This document shows, piece after piece, positions 48,397 through 59,826 of a stretch of 64,000 bases of DNA (positions are counted from its first letter, which is position 1; each line of letters opens with the position of its first letter). Made by a program: the position numbers and the translations under genes. Source of the stretch: Camelus dromedarius (taxonomy: Eukaryota). The stretch spans positions 5,022,001 to 5,086,000 of the forward strand of contig NC_087460.1 of NCBI RefSeq assembly GCF_036321535.1, read 5' to 3'. Under the pieces are notes generated by a model. The model saw only the letters and a list, made by a program, of their open reading frames with translations, searched no databases and had not been told where the DNA came from.

Positions 48397-49365
48397 GTGT
48401 GGACAGGGATTGAGCACTCATTTGGGTCACTTCACTGGCTTTTGTCTAGTTGTTGATCTCACTTTGGGCTCCCAGGCCCTGAGGAGGGGTGGCCACATCC
48501 GCTGCCCCCTGTCCCTTTCATGACATTCAACCTGCAGAGCAGGGGACAATTAATCTTTCTTCAAAAACCGAAGCAGATCAAGACCCCAGGTCCTCCTAAC
48601 CGTGCAAGGTGCACCTCCTCCCCCACCACGAATTTCATGATTCCTGTCCACACTTTCACCCCCAGGGCCGTCCTGTGGTTCCCACTGTTGTTTCCCCGCA
48701 AGGACAGGGGACTGGAACGTGGTGGTGGCATGCGGGCACAGCCAGCGGCCTCGTTTCTCTGCTGCTTGACATTCGGAGATGGCTGGATTGGGAAGGGCAT
48801 GAGGCACCAGTCTTGTTGGGGGCCCAGAGCTGTGGCAGTGAAGAGCCCACCTTGAGAGGTCGAGCCCTGAGCAACTCAAAGTGTGTGTAGCCCAGGGCAG
48901 CAACAGGGTCCAGGAGGCATCTGAACTCGCAAGGCCCTCAATAAGCACCAACTGTCTCCCAAAGCCACATGGAACCCTGTTACCAGGGAAGCAGCTCCTG
49001 TTGGGGTCATCAGATTTTTGGTCTAGCTCAGCAAAGCCACAGCTGCTCCAGCCTTAAAAAAGGAGACGTTGGTAAACAAGTGGGGTGATGCGGTTCTGTG
49101 AGGGTGGGGTGAAGAGTGCAGCTGGCCTCAGGGCCAAAGGCCCGCCATTCCCAGCCGGGTTCTGGTTTGGATCCGCCTCTGCTGGATTAATAGGGTTAAG
49201 GCAGCGGCTGGGTGCTCTCCCCTACCTGCCCAGGCCGGGGTCCTCGCGCCCCCTGCTGGCAGAGACAAAGAAGGACCCAGGAGTGCGCTGTCTGAACGTG
49301 CGCATGCGTGCCACCCTAGCCCAGCCCAGACACTGGATGCCTTGATTTTGCTTAAGTAATAAAAA

Positions 49366-49371
49366 TTTATT
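49366..49371 (-). terminator. PHB2 poly(A) signal AATAAA (TTTATT on +)
   Basis: About 290 nt past the PHB2 stop. Confidence 0.75.
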
Positions 49372-49659
49372 GGGAATTCCCAGGGTGGTGGTTATTGCCT
49401 CCCGACAGAGAGGGAGGAACCAACCCCAGGAAATCACTGAGAAACCACACACTGTCCTGACACAGGGCGGAAAGTCATTCCCCTGCAAACGGTCAGTCTT
49501 TGTTCATCCAAGAAGGGCTGGGAGGACAGATGTGGAAGGGACCATCACATGATACTGGGGGCAGGGCGGGGGTGTGCTGGACCCCAAGCTGGCTCCTCAA
49601 AAACCAGGGGAGGAACAGATCCACTTCTTCCCTGGGGGCGGAGTTCCTCGTCACCAGGC

Positions 49660-52600
49660 TCATTTCTTACCCTTGATGAGGCTGTCACTGTGGAAACAGA
49701 CAGATGGTGACATTAAAGGACCTTTGTGAGAAGCAGAGAGCCTCAGGCCACTTCCTCCTCCCTGACCCAGGGTGTGTGTGGGGGGAGGTGAGAAAGGTGA
49801 GGTGATGGGGGAGGAGGCAGGTACTGGGAGATGGGCTGCAAGACCCCACAGAAACAAGGATGCATCAAAAGCTTACCTTCCTCTGTGGATGCCAGGTCAC
49901 CAGATGAACAAGGAAGACAGAGAGAGAAAAGAAAGGTATGTGTGACTTGACAGTTTCAGGCGCCACCCAACTCTAAACCCTCCTTCGCTCCCAAGAGAAA
50001 AAGACAAGCACGTTGGAAGCGAGGAACCCCGGGCTCTGGGAAGAAGAGACTTGTTCCCTTGGCCACTGCCACTTCCCACCTCTTCTCTGCTAGCATCCTC
50101 CCATGCCCCAGAGCAGTCCCCAAGAAACAATGCTAAATGTTATCTTTTACCACTTTTCAGTGAAACAAAACTTTACAGTTAAAATGCTTTCTACATGAAT
50201 AACCCTATATGATCTCATAAAATCAATCCTGTGAGATTCAAGTTAGGAATTGTCAACCACCCACTTTTCCAACTTTGGTTCAGAGAAATGGTGTCTTTCA
50301 AGGGTCACACGAGTAAGCTGGTAGAAGCTCTAGAGCCCAGGTGACCAGCCCCTGCCCTGGGTCTCTGTGACATCCCACGTGAAGGCCGTGTCTCTCACCG
50401 GGTGAAACTCTCATCCTGCAGGTTCAGCACAAGGTTGTCAGCAGTGAGATAGATACGGTTCTGTGATGTGGCGATCTATAGGGCCAGAAATGAGACATGT
50501 TTGTATCAAGCAAAGAAAACCTCCATTCCTACACTTGCAGTTCCAATCACTGATGGAACATGTGTGGGTGAGGAACATGGGTAGTGAGATGAGAAAGCCA
50601 TGGTTTCTGCTCTCACACAAGGATCCAGAGCAGCTGTGACGTATTGGTACCGGGAGAAGGATGAACAAAAGGTCAGGGGAGCCTGGGGGACTCTGGGGAA
50701 TTCAGTTTTGATGGGAGGAAGAGTGTCAGAGAAGCCAGTTTGAGTAGAAATCTGAACAAGCAAGACTCTAGTCTTCTCACTTCAATGTACAGAAACACCT
50801 TCACTCCCAAGGTGGCTTGGAGGGAGGGGCCGGACTCACACTCACCGTCTTGGAGATGTTCTGGGCTGCCCGGATCTTCCGCAGCTTGATGTAGCCAGGG
50901 TTCTTGCTCAGAGCTTCTCCGAGGTGAGCAGGGTGGGGTTAAGGGTTCACACAAGGCCAGGTCTCAATCGGAGCCCCATCCTCACTTCACTGCCCGCCTC
51001 ACTCAGCCCTCCTCTGGGCGGTCAGATCCAAGGTTGCGCTCAGGTGGCTTGTGCCCAGCCCTACTTTGGTGCCCCCTGTAGGCCTCCCTGCAGGCAGCTG
51101 CCAGGAACTGGAGGCAGCAGCAGATAAAGAGGCAAGGCCAGCAGTGCTGTTGATCTGCCTTACAGTGAGGAGCCAGGCCTCTAGTGCCCCCACTAAGACT
51201 TCAGATCCTACTGGGAACCCCCACCCCTGGGTATCGGAGAGCACGAGTCGCATTCGCCTTAGTCTCATCAGCCAGCCCTTGAGGGATGACGGGGAGCAGT
51301 GTTCCAGGGGCTGGGCGGGGAGCTCTCCAGCAGAAGGATATCATCCTGGCGGCCTCGGCCTCACCCTCTGCCTGGACGATCTTCTGCCGCTGTTCCTGCT
51401 TTGCTTTTTCCACCAAGAACTGGGCCCGCTGGGCCTCCTGCTGGGCTGTGGTGGGAGAGAATCAGGGTCACAGATGCGAGGTGTCAGGAACGCCATCCCT
51501 CCTCCTGCGTCCTCGGAAACCCTCCCNNNNNNNNNNNNNNNNNNNNNNNNNNNNNNNNNNNNNNNNNNNNNNNNNNNNNNNNNNNNNNNNNNNNNNNNNN
51601 NNNNNNNNNNNNNNNNNNNNNNNNNNNNNNNNNNNNNNNNNNNNNNNNNNNNNNNNNNNNNNNNNNACAAGGATACCTGAGGGGCGGGGTGAGGAGGGGA
51701 GGGGAGAGGGGCGTTGAGGGGACTGGAGAACTGAAAGGAAGGTGTGCTGCCGTGACCATCTGAATCCCAGATCTCCCAAGAATGGCAGGGAATACACCAC
51801 CCCTCTCTCACTTCCTCACTAGAACAGCTGAGCTGGAAAGGACTTGGTCCCACTGACTCCTAATCCCTACTCTCTGCAACACAATACACACGTCTACACT
51901 TGTGTGTTTTCTCCCAAGCTGCCTAACACGAACTGCTATTGAGTTCCAGTCTTGGTTCCTTGTTTCCCACAAACACAGCTTTCGGGTGGAAACAGACCTA
52001 GGGCCACAACCCTTTCCTAATATACTGGGAGCGCTGGAAGCTGCAGTCAGACCTGGGCCCGCTGGGTGATCAGCTGGGAGGCGTTGAACTTGGCCACCAC
52101 ACTCTTGAGCACCTCGTTGACAATGGACGGCAACACGCGCTCCTCGTAATCCAGCCCCAGGCGCTGGTACATGCTGGGGAGCTCCATGGCGTTGGGTCGG
52201 GACAGTACCCGCAGCGAGATGTTCACCATCTGCAGGTCTAAGAGTGAGGTCAGCAGGGGCTGGTCAAGGCCATGGGGGCCCCCCAGCATTTTCTCCTCGT
52301 GCTTTTCTCTATACCTAGTGCAATGCTGTGTGGTCTGATACTCCTTGTGGAGGAGGATGATAATCAGGTTGACAAGATGTGCCTCGGCACCGACCCGATG
52401 CAAACTCGTCCACTGTCAAGTCTTCTCTACCCACAGCCCCTTCACCAATAAAGCTGACCTCTTTTTGCCACTGCACTGTGTGCAACCCCGATCTAGGCTC
52501 TGTTACGTTGTATCATAATCGTGTCTCCTGTACTTCAGGACAAAGACTGTGTTTTGTAAATTCTTTACTCTCAGGGGCTAGGGTTTCAAAAATGTCAAGC

Positions 52601-53875
52601 AACCTGTGCTAAAAATAGTACAAAAAAGCACACTACAGGTGAGCTACCTGCCTTACTGTGTACATGCCTGGGTGTATGCGTGTGTTTGAGGAAGTGTCTG
52701 GGGAATCTCAAAGGCACAGCTTCTAGGTGTGGTCTAGGAAGGAACAGGTGCACTAGTGAAGAGTGGAGCCAGGTTTCCCCAGGACAGGGCGTACTAGTTA
52801 ATGTAATTAATAAGCGAAGCAACTACAAGGGGAAAAAAGGCTTTAAAACTAGGCTTTGACCTAGGCAGTGAGTAAGACAAAGGACAAACAATGCTCTCAC
52901 TGAGTTTACATTAGGGGAGGGACAGCTAAACATGCGAAACACACAGTGCGTCCAGAATGTGCTGGTTTAACCCCAGAAGCTGGTGCTTTTATTATAGCTC
53001 ATTTGCAGACGTGGAAACCAAAGCCCAAGGGATCTGACACCACCATCTCCCCTAGTCTCTGGCCAGGCTCCCTTGTTTACTGCCAGTGACGCCTCAGTGC
53101 CCAGACCTACCTTTGGAGCCTGTGGGGGAGGAAATTTTTCGGGGTCTGGCCCGAATGTCATAGATGATGGGGTATTGGAACCAGGGGATCCTGGAGGAGA
53201 AGGAACAGGGACAGGGATTAGGACACTGCGGTTTCACTAGTTTCAGCCGGTCTTGCTTCACCACGTGTTTCTTGGCCTGCTTCTCCTCTTAATGACCACG
53301 GTCAAGGAGAAATTCTCTTCTCTCTCTGGACAACAACAGCATATGCTGCTGGAGTTCTGGGCAACACCCACTGTTCTGGGAGATGGGGTGAGGAGGGGAA
53401 TGAGCAGGGCTGAATCCCATTAAAAGTCCTACTATGGCCACTGGTGGGTCGGCGTTCAAGGGTGAAGGGTCAGGTTCAATCCGCTCTGCCTGCCATTACC
53501 TGAAGTGAAGGCCCTCGGCCAGAATGGTGTCCTGCTGCACGCCTCCGATCCGATTAAAGAAAATGGCTCTGTGCCCGCCTTCCACTGCGGGGAGAGGGGT
53601 CGGGGTCAGGCCAGGCCGAACTCAAGAGTACGTGCTAGCTTCTGGGGGGGCGGGGTGAGCGGCTGGGTGAGCGCGGGGACCCGGCGGGGCCAGGAAGGAG
53701 TCTGGGGAGGGTCGGGCGGGGTCCGGAGAGCGGGCGGAGGTTGCTCACCGGTGAACACGGACTCGCGGACGCCGTAGGCCACGGCGCCGGCCCCCAGCAG
53801 CAGCTTCAGCGCTGTGCCCATGCCCCGGGGCCCGGAGGGCAGCCTTCCCGCTAAGTCCTTCAGGTTCTGGGCCAT
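49660..53875 (-). CDS. PHB2: Prohibitin-2, 299 aa, 10 exons
   Basis: Exons 53749-53875, 53500-53584, 53111-53190, 52053-52237, about 51547-51676 (mostly in gap), 51342-51445, 50846-50923, 50399-50475, 49877-49882 (6 nt), 49660-49687; [28 protein letters not shown] start, SDSLIKGKK* end. Confidence 0.97.
50924..51341 (-). other. PHB2: U12-type (minor spliceosome) AT-AC intron, PHB2 intron 6
   Basis: 5' end ATATCCTTCT, branch site CCCTTAAC (50938-50945), AC terminus; these boundaries give the in-frame junction AARM|LGEALSK. Confidence 0.93.
51017..51275 (-). ncRNA. SCARNA12: SCARNA12 (U89), composite C/D-H/ACA small Cajal body RNA
   Basis: Minus strand: C box TGATGA (51265-51270), H box AGATCA (51151-51156), ACA (51050-51052), D box CTGA (51022-51025); PHB2 is the established host; ends approximate. 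Confidence 0.85.
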
Positions 53876-54257
53876 GTCCGATCCTGAGGCCGGCGGCACC
53901 AGCGGTCACAAAGGGGTGCCAGCCCGCCTCTGCGGCGCTCCAGCTTAGGGCTCGCACACGAGGGTCCGGGCCCCAGGTGCTCGCGGGAGAAAGGGCACCG
54001 GAAGTGCCCTCCCTTCTAAACCCTCCCCCCCGCCCACGGCGGACCCGAGCTTGGCGCACAGGAACCGCGCATCCGGAAGTTCCCGCCCCTTTCTGGAACC
54101 CTGCCCTCCCGGAGAGGCTTCGGGAGCGCAAGACAGCGAGCCGTCGCCATTTCCGAGCGCCCACTTTCAAAATGGCGGACGGAAGGAAGTTTGCGATTGG
54201 GGCGAGCGGGCGGTCCTAATTTCAGGATGTTTGCACAATTTCCGGTCCGGTTGCAAG
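53876..54257. promoter_or_regulatory. PHB2/EMG1 bidirectional CpG-island promoter (382 nt between start codons)
   Basis: CCGGAAGT (ETS/GABP) at 53998-54005 and 54073-54080; YY1-type CAAAATGGCGG 54168-54178 and CAAGATGGCTGC 54254-54265. Confidence 0.85.
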
Positions 54258-57200
54258 ATGGCTGCGCCCAGTGGTGGATTCCAACCTCGTGAGCGGCGCG
54301 CGGAGGAGCAGGATGAGGGCTGGGATGCTGTGGTGCCGAAGCGGCCCCGACTCGGGGCGGGAAGCAAGAGCGGAGGCCGTAGGCTCATTGTGGTATTGGA
54401 AGGAGCCAGTCTGGAGACAGTCAAGGTAGTTTGGGACAAGGAGGTGGAGAACTAGTGTATCAATAGGATGGGACCTGGTGGGATGCGGGTGATGGGCTCA
54501 AAGTAGAGGGAGAAAGCAAAGAGAGGTGTAACGTGCATTTGGAGAAAGGGGTCTAGTTGACTGTCTTTTGGTTTAACATCCTGGGTTGGCAGTACTCGTT
54601 TTCTTTGCCTTTGAATCCCATTGCAGCCGTCACCTCCTTGATTCCAGTTGATTTACCGGGATTCTGTGATATAAAGTCGTCTAGGGGAAGAGGGTTTCGT
54701 TAGTCGCGTCATCCCCCTTCATACCAGGACGAGTTTACTGGGCAAAGGAGAAAAGGAGTTCCTGTAGTTGAGTCTGCTCACCCTTTTATTTGTAAGGACT
54801 TAGTGTTTTAATTCATTAAAGGGTGTCTGTCACCTTCCTTTATATTACTGTACATTCCGAAACACTGCTTGGATCAGATCGTTACGTCTTTATTTTTACC
54901 TATCATTTGGCTCTTTCCCGGAATAAATCCAGCAACTCCCAGCCTTAAAACTTTGTGCGGTGTTCTTATTCTTTCTAACATTGTTTCTCTTACCATTTAG
55001 AGCTAAGCTTCAATGAGTAGGGCCAGAAGAAATAGCACTGGTTTAGAAGCAGACCTGGATTTTAATCTTGGTTCTTATACTTGGAATGTGTGATCTTGAG
55101 AAAACAAGTTTGTGCTCAGTTGGTAAAGCAGGGGTTAATACTTTACAGGGGGATTGTAATGAAAGTGCTTTGAAAGTAGTACATTTCCATAGTAATCTAG
55201 GTGTGATTCTTTTCCATCTTTCCTTTCTCAATCACTGTGGCACTTTGTTAAGTTTGCAGTTTAGAAAACCCTTTTTTTTTTTTTAATGACCAGCCAACCA
55301 GGTTTCTTTTCATTTTCTTGTGTAATTGGTATTTCTAACCTAACTATAGGTTCTTATATTCATCTCGCACTTAATTGCCTGCTGTCTTTCCAGCCTGTTA
55401 ATTCCGTGTGTCACTTAACCACTTTGTTTCCGCATGTGTTCTGTCGAGATAGTAGTACCTATTTTACTGGGTTGTTGGGAGGATTAATGGATTTAATATA
55501 TGTAAAGGGTTTAGAATAACATCTGTCACTTGGAGTCAGTAGTTACTATTATTGATTCAGGTTACTTATTAAAAAGTTGAAAAGGTCATGGCCAAGTTAA
55601 AGTTCCTGGAGCATGCTCTGGAATAAATTAGGCCAGGTTGTCATTAATGGTAATTCCACTTCAAGGATGATGGAATTCATAGCTGGTTGAAATCTTATGT
55701 ACTGTTACCTTTTGCTTTCCTTGTGCTGGTACCTCTTGCTTCTCCCAGTCTCATCTGGGCCTGCTCTCTCCATTTACTCTTTATGCTCGCCTCATTGGCC
55801 TTCTTTAAGCTCTCTGCAAGCACTAAGTTCTCGTATCTTAAGTCCATTGCACATAATGTTCTCTAACTGGAGGAGCCCTTTACTCAGCTCTTTGTTTCAT
55901 TAATTCCTACTTAATGTGTATTCATTTAACAATTATAGAGTCTATTATGCTGCTCATTCTTCAGTTATTAGGTTACTCCTTTATAGAAATGACTCCCTTT
56001 CTGGTATAAATCAAGTCCTCTTATTATAATCCTTTAATGGACCATTTAGTTCTCCTTCATGTTTATCACACTTTGAATTAAATATTCATGTGGTTGTTTA
56101 ATTTGTCTCTTCCACTAGAAGGCTATAATGAGGACAGAGAATAAGATTTTAAAAATTCTTATGTCTCCGGTACCTATTACAGAATACATGTGGTATTCAT
56201 TCTGACTATTCTAATTAGTGTTTTCAAGCTTATTAACCACAGCCCACTATAAAAAAATTACATTGTGAGCCAGTACACATACTTAACTATATGAAACCAA
56301 GTTTCATAAGCTTTTACTTACTTAGTATGGCTGCATTTGAAGTACTCTGATGTTTTCTATTTTATCCCATTAAAAGAACAAAACCCTGGTTATAACTTAC
56401 TAATGGGTAGAAACTAGATTCTTCTATTCAAGAGGTTCTTTTTCTTCTGTAACTAAGAGTGTCCTGTGGACTTAGTTCTTGGTACTTTTTTCTTACTCTC
56501 TGTGACATTCTTGTTATTTTAGTTACTCAGTTAATTTCAAAATCTGTATGCCTCTTCCTGAAACATTTTTGGAGTCATAGTTCAAGATGATGCCAGACAT
56601 AGAGATGTTGTATTGATATATAAAAACTCAGCCTTTCAAAACCTGTATTTGTAATGTTTTTTTTTTTTTTTAATGTGAGTTTATTTTTAAATGGAGGTAC
56701 TGGGGATTGAATGTAGGACCTTGTGACACTCTACCACTGAGCTATTTCCTTCCCCTGTTAATGGTATGTTTTTTAAACTTTTTGCTGACCACCTGAATGC
56801 TCCCTAGGGCTTCAATTTGCAATTTATTTTTTTTAGCTGTTGCTCACATGCCGTAAAACTGGAATAACCCTTCTTCTTTATTTCTGAGAGTATCCTTTGA
56901 TTAAAGTACATCGTTAGATGTATGTAGTCTTGTATCATTAGAATTTTCACACTTCTTCCTGTTCAGATTTGCAGCTCTTCACTTTGTGTTTGTTATAAGC
57001 AAACTGAGGATAGTGACTGTGTACATTTTGCTGAGTGTATACATAATGCTCTTGTGATAAACAAGCATTCAGCCTTGTTCACTAACCTTATTTCTACTTG
57101 GTTCCAGAATCCCTCACTGGCTTTGCCTAATACCTACAGGTTTTAAAATTAAATTCAGTTTAGATTGTGTGGAATCACAGGCTGCACCCTTCCTCCCTTT

Positions 57201-58825
57201 TCCCTCCAAGATCAGTTATTGGTGGTGGGGTTGTTGGGGGGAGGACGTGGCCACACAGTAATTCCCTGGAGATTTGCAGGGCTTCACCCCGAGAGTCTGA
57301 TCTAGCTAGTCTGGAGTGGGCCTGAGAATGTGACTGACTGACAGGTTTCCAGATGCTGCCAGTATGGGGACCACAGTGAGAAACACTGTTCCAGGCAAAA
57401 GCAGCTTATGCTGCTCCCGATCTTGTTCCCTGGTCTCCAGGTGGGGAAGACATATGAGCTGCTCAACTGTGACAAGCACAAGTCCATGCTGTTGAAGAAC
57501 GGGCGGGACCCTGGGGAAGTGAGACCAGACATAGCTCACCAGGTAAGTCCGGGGACAGAGCTCAGGCCCCTGTGCCTCTGGGTGGGTGGTGAGGCAGCTG
57601 TGTGTGACTTCTCTTCAGTTGTAACCATACCTGGATTTCTGCCTCCCTCAGAGTTTACTGATGCTGATGGACAGTCCCCTGAACCGGGCTGGCTTGCTGC
57701 AGGTCTATGTCCACACGCAGAAGAATGTGCTGATTGAAGTGAACCCCCAGACACGAATTCCCAGGACCTTTGACCGCTTTTGTGGTCTCATGGGTGAGAA
57801 GCCTTGGGACTTAGACTTGGGAGTAGTAGAGCAGGGAGGAAGAGGACAAGGGAGAAATGTGGAATTTTTAAGAGGGGCCCATGTGACTGATCCCAGCGCG
57901 GGGGTCTGCACTTTCTTCCCACGCGCCTGGGTACAGCCTGCATGGGGGCTCCTGGCTGAGGAGAAGGGAGGGGAGCCCACATGCTTGACAGCTGCTCATT
58001 CATAACATTTTTAGGAGTAGTGTGGACACAGGACACGAGGAGCCGACCTTACCAGAGGGCTTTTCTGGCTAAATGACTGGGCAGAAGTGGGGTCACCACC
58101 CCGCTCTGAACTCTTTTTTCCGTCCTAGTTCAGCTTTTACACAAACTCAGCGTTCGAGCGGCTGACGGCCCCCAGAAGCTCTTGAAGGTGAGCTGTTCCA
58201 CCTGTTGGTTGGAGGGAGGGTTCTAAGACTGCTTCTGGGGCTGATTTTTCTTTTTTTCTCTAGGTGATTAAGAATCCAGTGTCAGATCACTTCCCAGTTG
58301 GATGTATGAAAATTGGCACTTCTTTTTCCACCCCGGTGGTCAGTGATGTCCGCGAGCTGGTGCCCAGCAGCGACCCTGTCGTCTTTGTGGTGGGGGCCTT
58401 TGCCCATGGCAAGGTAAGGTCTGGGCCCAGCTCTAGGTTCTTCACGGAGCTGAAGCCTAGTACAGGATTCCTAGAGCACTTAGCATTTTGACGATCCTTG
58501 TCCTTGTAAGTTGGGAAACAGGATAGGAACAAAGCTGCGGACACATGGGGGTTCCATCTCCTGCCACAGGGCGCATCTTTGAGGAATGCTGGCCTGTTTG
58601 TCGTGGTCAAAACTGGTATTAAACAGCACCATGAACTGGCAGTTTTCCTGCCCTAAAGAAGGGCTGAGCCCATGACAGTGACAGCCAGCTGACAGACTGC
58701 TCTCCCCTCAGGTGGATGTGGAGTACACGGAGAAGATGGTGTCCATCAGCAACTACCCGCTTTCTGCTGCCCTCACCTGTGCAAAACTCACCACAGCCTT
58801 TGAAGAAGTGTGGGGGGTCATCTGA
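54258..58825 (+). CDS. EMG1: Ribosomal RNA small subunit methyltransferase NEP1/EMG1, 244 aa
   Basis: Exons 54258-54425, 57441-57542, 57652-57793, 58129-58187, 58264-58413, 58712-58825 total 735 nt; [47 protein letters not shown] motifs. Confidence 0.97.
55690..56200 (+). mobile_element. L2 fragment(s) in EMG1 intron 1
   Basis: AT-rich L2-like phrases (ttgtctcttccactagaaggctataatgaggacagaga...ttatgtctccggtaccta); approximate. Confidence 0.5.
56657..56755 (-). mobile_element. tRNA-derived SINE, same family, internally deleted
   Basis: poly(T)...aaatggaggtactggggattgaatgtaggaccttgtg-acactctaccactgagctat. Confidence 0.85.
57300..57395. mobile_element. MER5-like DNA transposon remnant
   Basis: ctggagtgggcctgagaatgtg...ccagatgctgcc...ggggaccacagtgagaaacactg resembles MER5A; family assignment uncertain. 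Confidence 0.5.
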
Positions 58826-59582
58826 CAGTCGGACCTTGTCCTGAAACAGAGACTGTGGACATTGCTTCCCTAACCCTGTTCTCAGCGGACTGCCGGGAGG
58901 GCGCCTTCCTGCACCGAGGCCGGGGTGTGCGGGAGTTGGGGCTGTACACCTGCTGTTTTTCCTATAAATGCTGTTCTTGCAACCCTGTTGTCCTTTGGGG
59001 GGTTCCTGCATAGCAGTATGTGACCTGGTCGTTCCGCTCACCTCAGAGAGACATGTGAGGTTACACTGTTGGCAGTTTGCGCCTGGCCCAACTTTGCTTG
59101 TGCTGTAAAGGAGAGCCCTGATTATTTCAGCCGCGGCAAGCATAGAGGGCTGTGTCTGAAAGAAAGGCGCAGAAGTGCTAGCAGTGAAAAACTGAACAAA
59201 CTTAAGTGATTTTATCTGGTACAGTCCAAGGTAGAAAAGTGGAGCAGGCGGGGCCTTGCCCCTCCCCTCCCCCCATGGGGGGTGGAGGTAGCGGCACATA
59301 TACAATCATAGTAAATTGGCAGAAGAAAACACAACAGGTTCCTGGCTGGAGGGGGAGAGATAAGGCAACGTGCATGGGGGAGCCCAGAGGGGAGACGTGG
59401 GCCCCTCTACTCCTCCCACGAGAGTTTCCCCTTTGGCCCCAAATGGAGACGTGGCTGGCAGCAGAGGCACGGCTGGGGGAGCCACATCTCCCCACTCCCT
59501 GGCTTCTGTGTCCTCTGTGCTCTGGGGTCAAGGAGTGCTGTGACAAGGGAGGCGTTTCCGCACCAGTCCTGCTCTAGGCCAC

Positions 59583-59814
59583 CTGCAAGAGGGGATGCGG
59601 GAAGGCTGGTCAGAGGTGCTGCTCCTGGTTGCTGGTCTGTGGTCCCTCCAGCTTCCTCCTGGCTTGTCCAAGTTAGAGCAGTCAGTGCCCCTTACTGGGT
59701 TTCCTAGAAGCCAGGCCACCTTGCGGTTCACCCCACATTTCCAATACTAACCCCACCCCCCACCAATCCCCCCCAGTCTGTAGTTGCAGCTTAGCTGTAG
59801 GGATGTTTGCTTAC
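59583..59814 (-). other. LPCAT3: LPCAT3 3' UTR intron
   Basis: Donor CTG|GTAAGC 12 nt after TAA; acceptor CTCTTGCAG| at 59583. Confidence 0.7.
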
Positions 59815-59826
59815 CAGGGAAATAGA

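Noticed and set aside
31994-56755. SINE heads resembling tRNA genes; all four copies on the minus strand
   Set aside because: They have SINE tails, poly(A) and in one case a TSD, with no complete cloverleaf; four of four in one orientation is not significant
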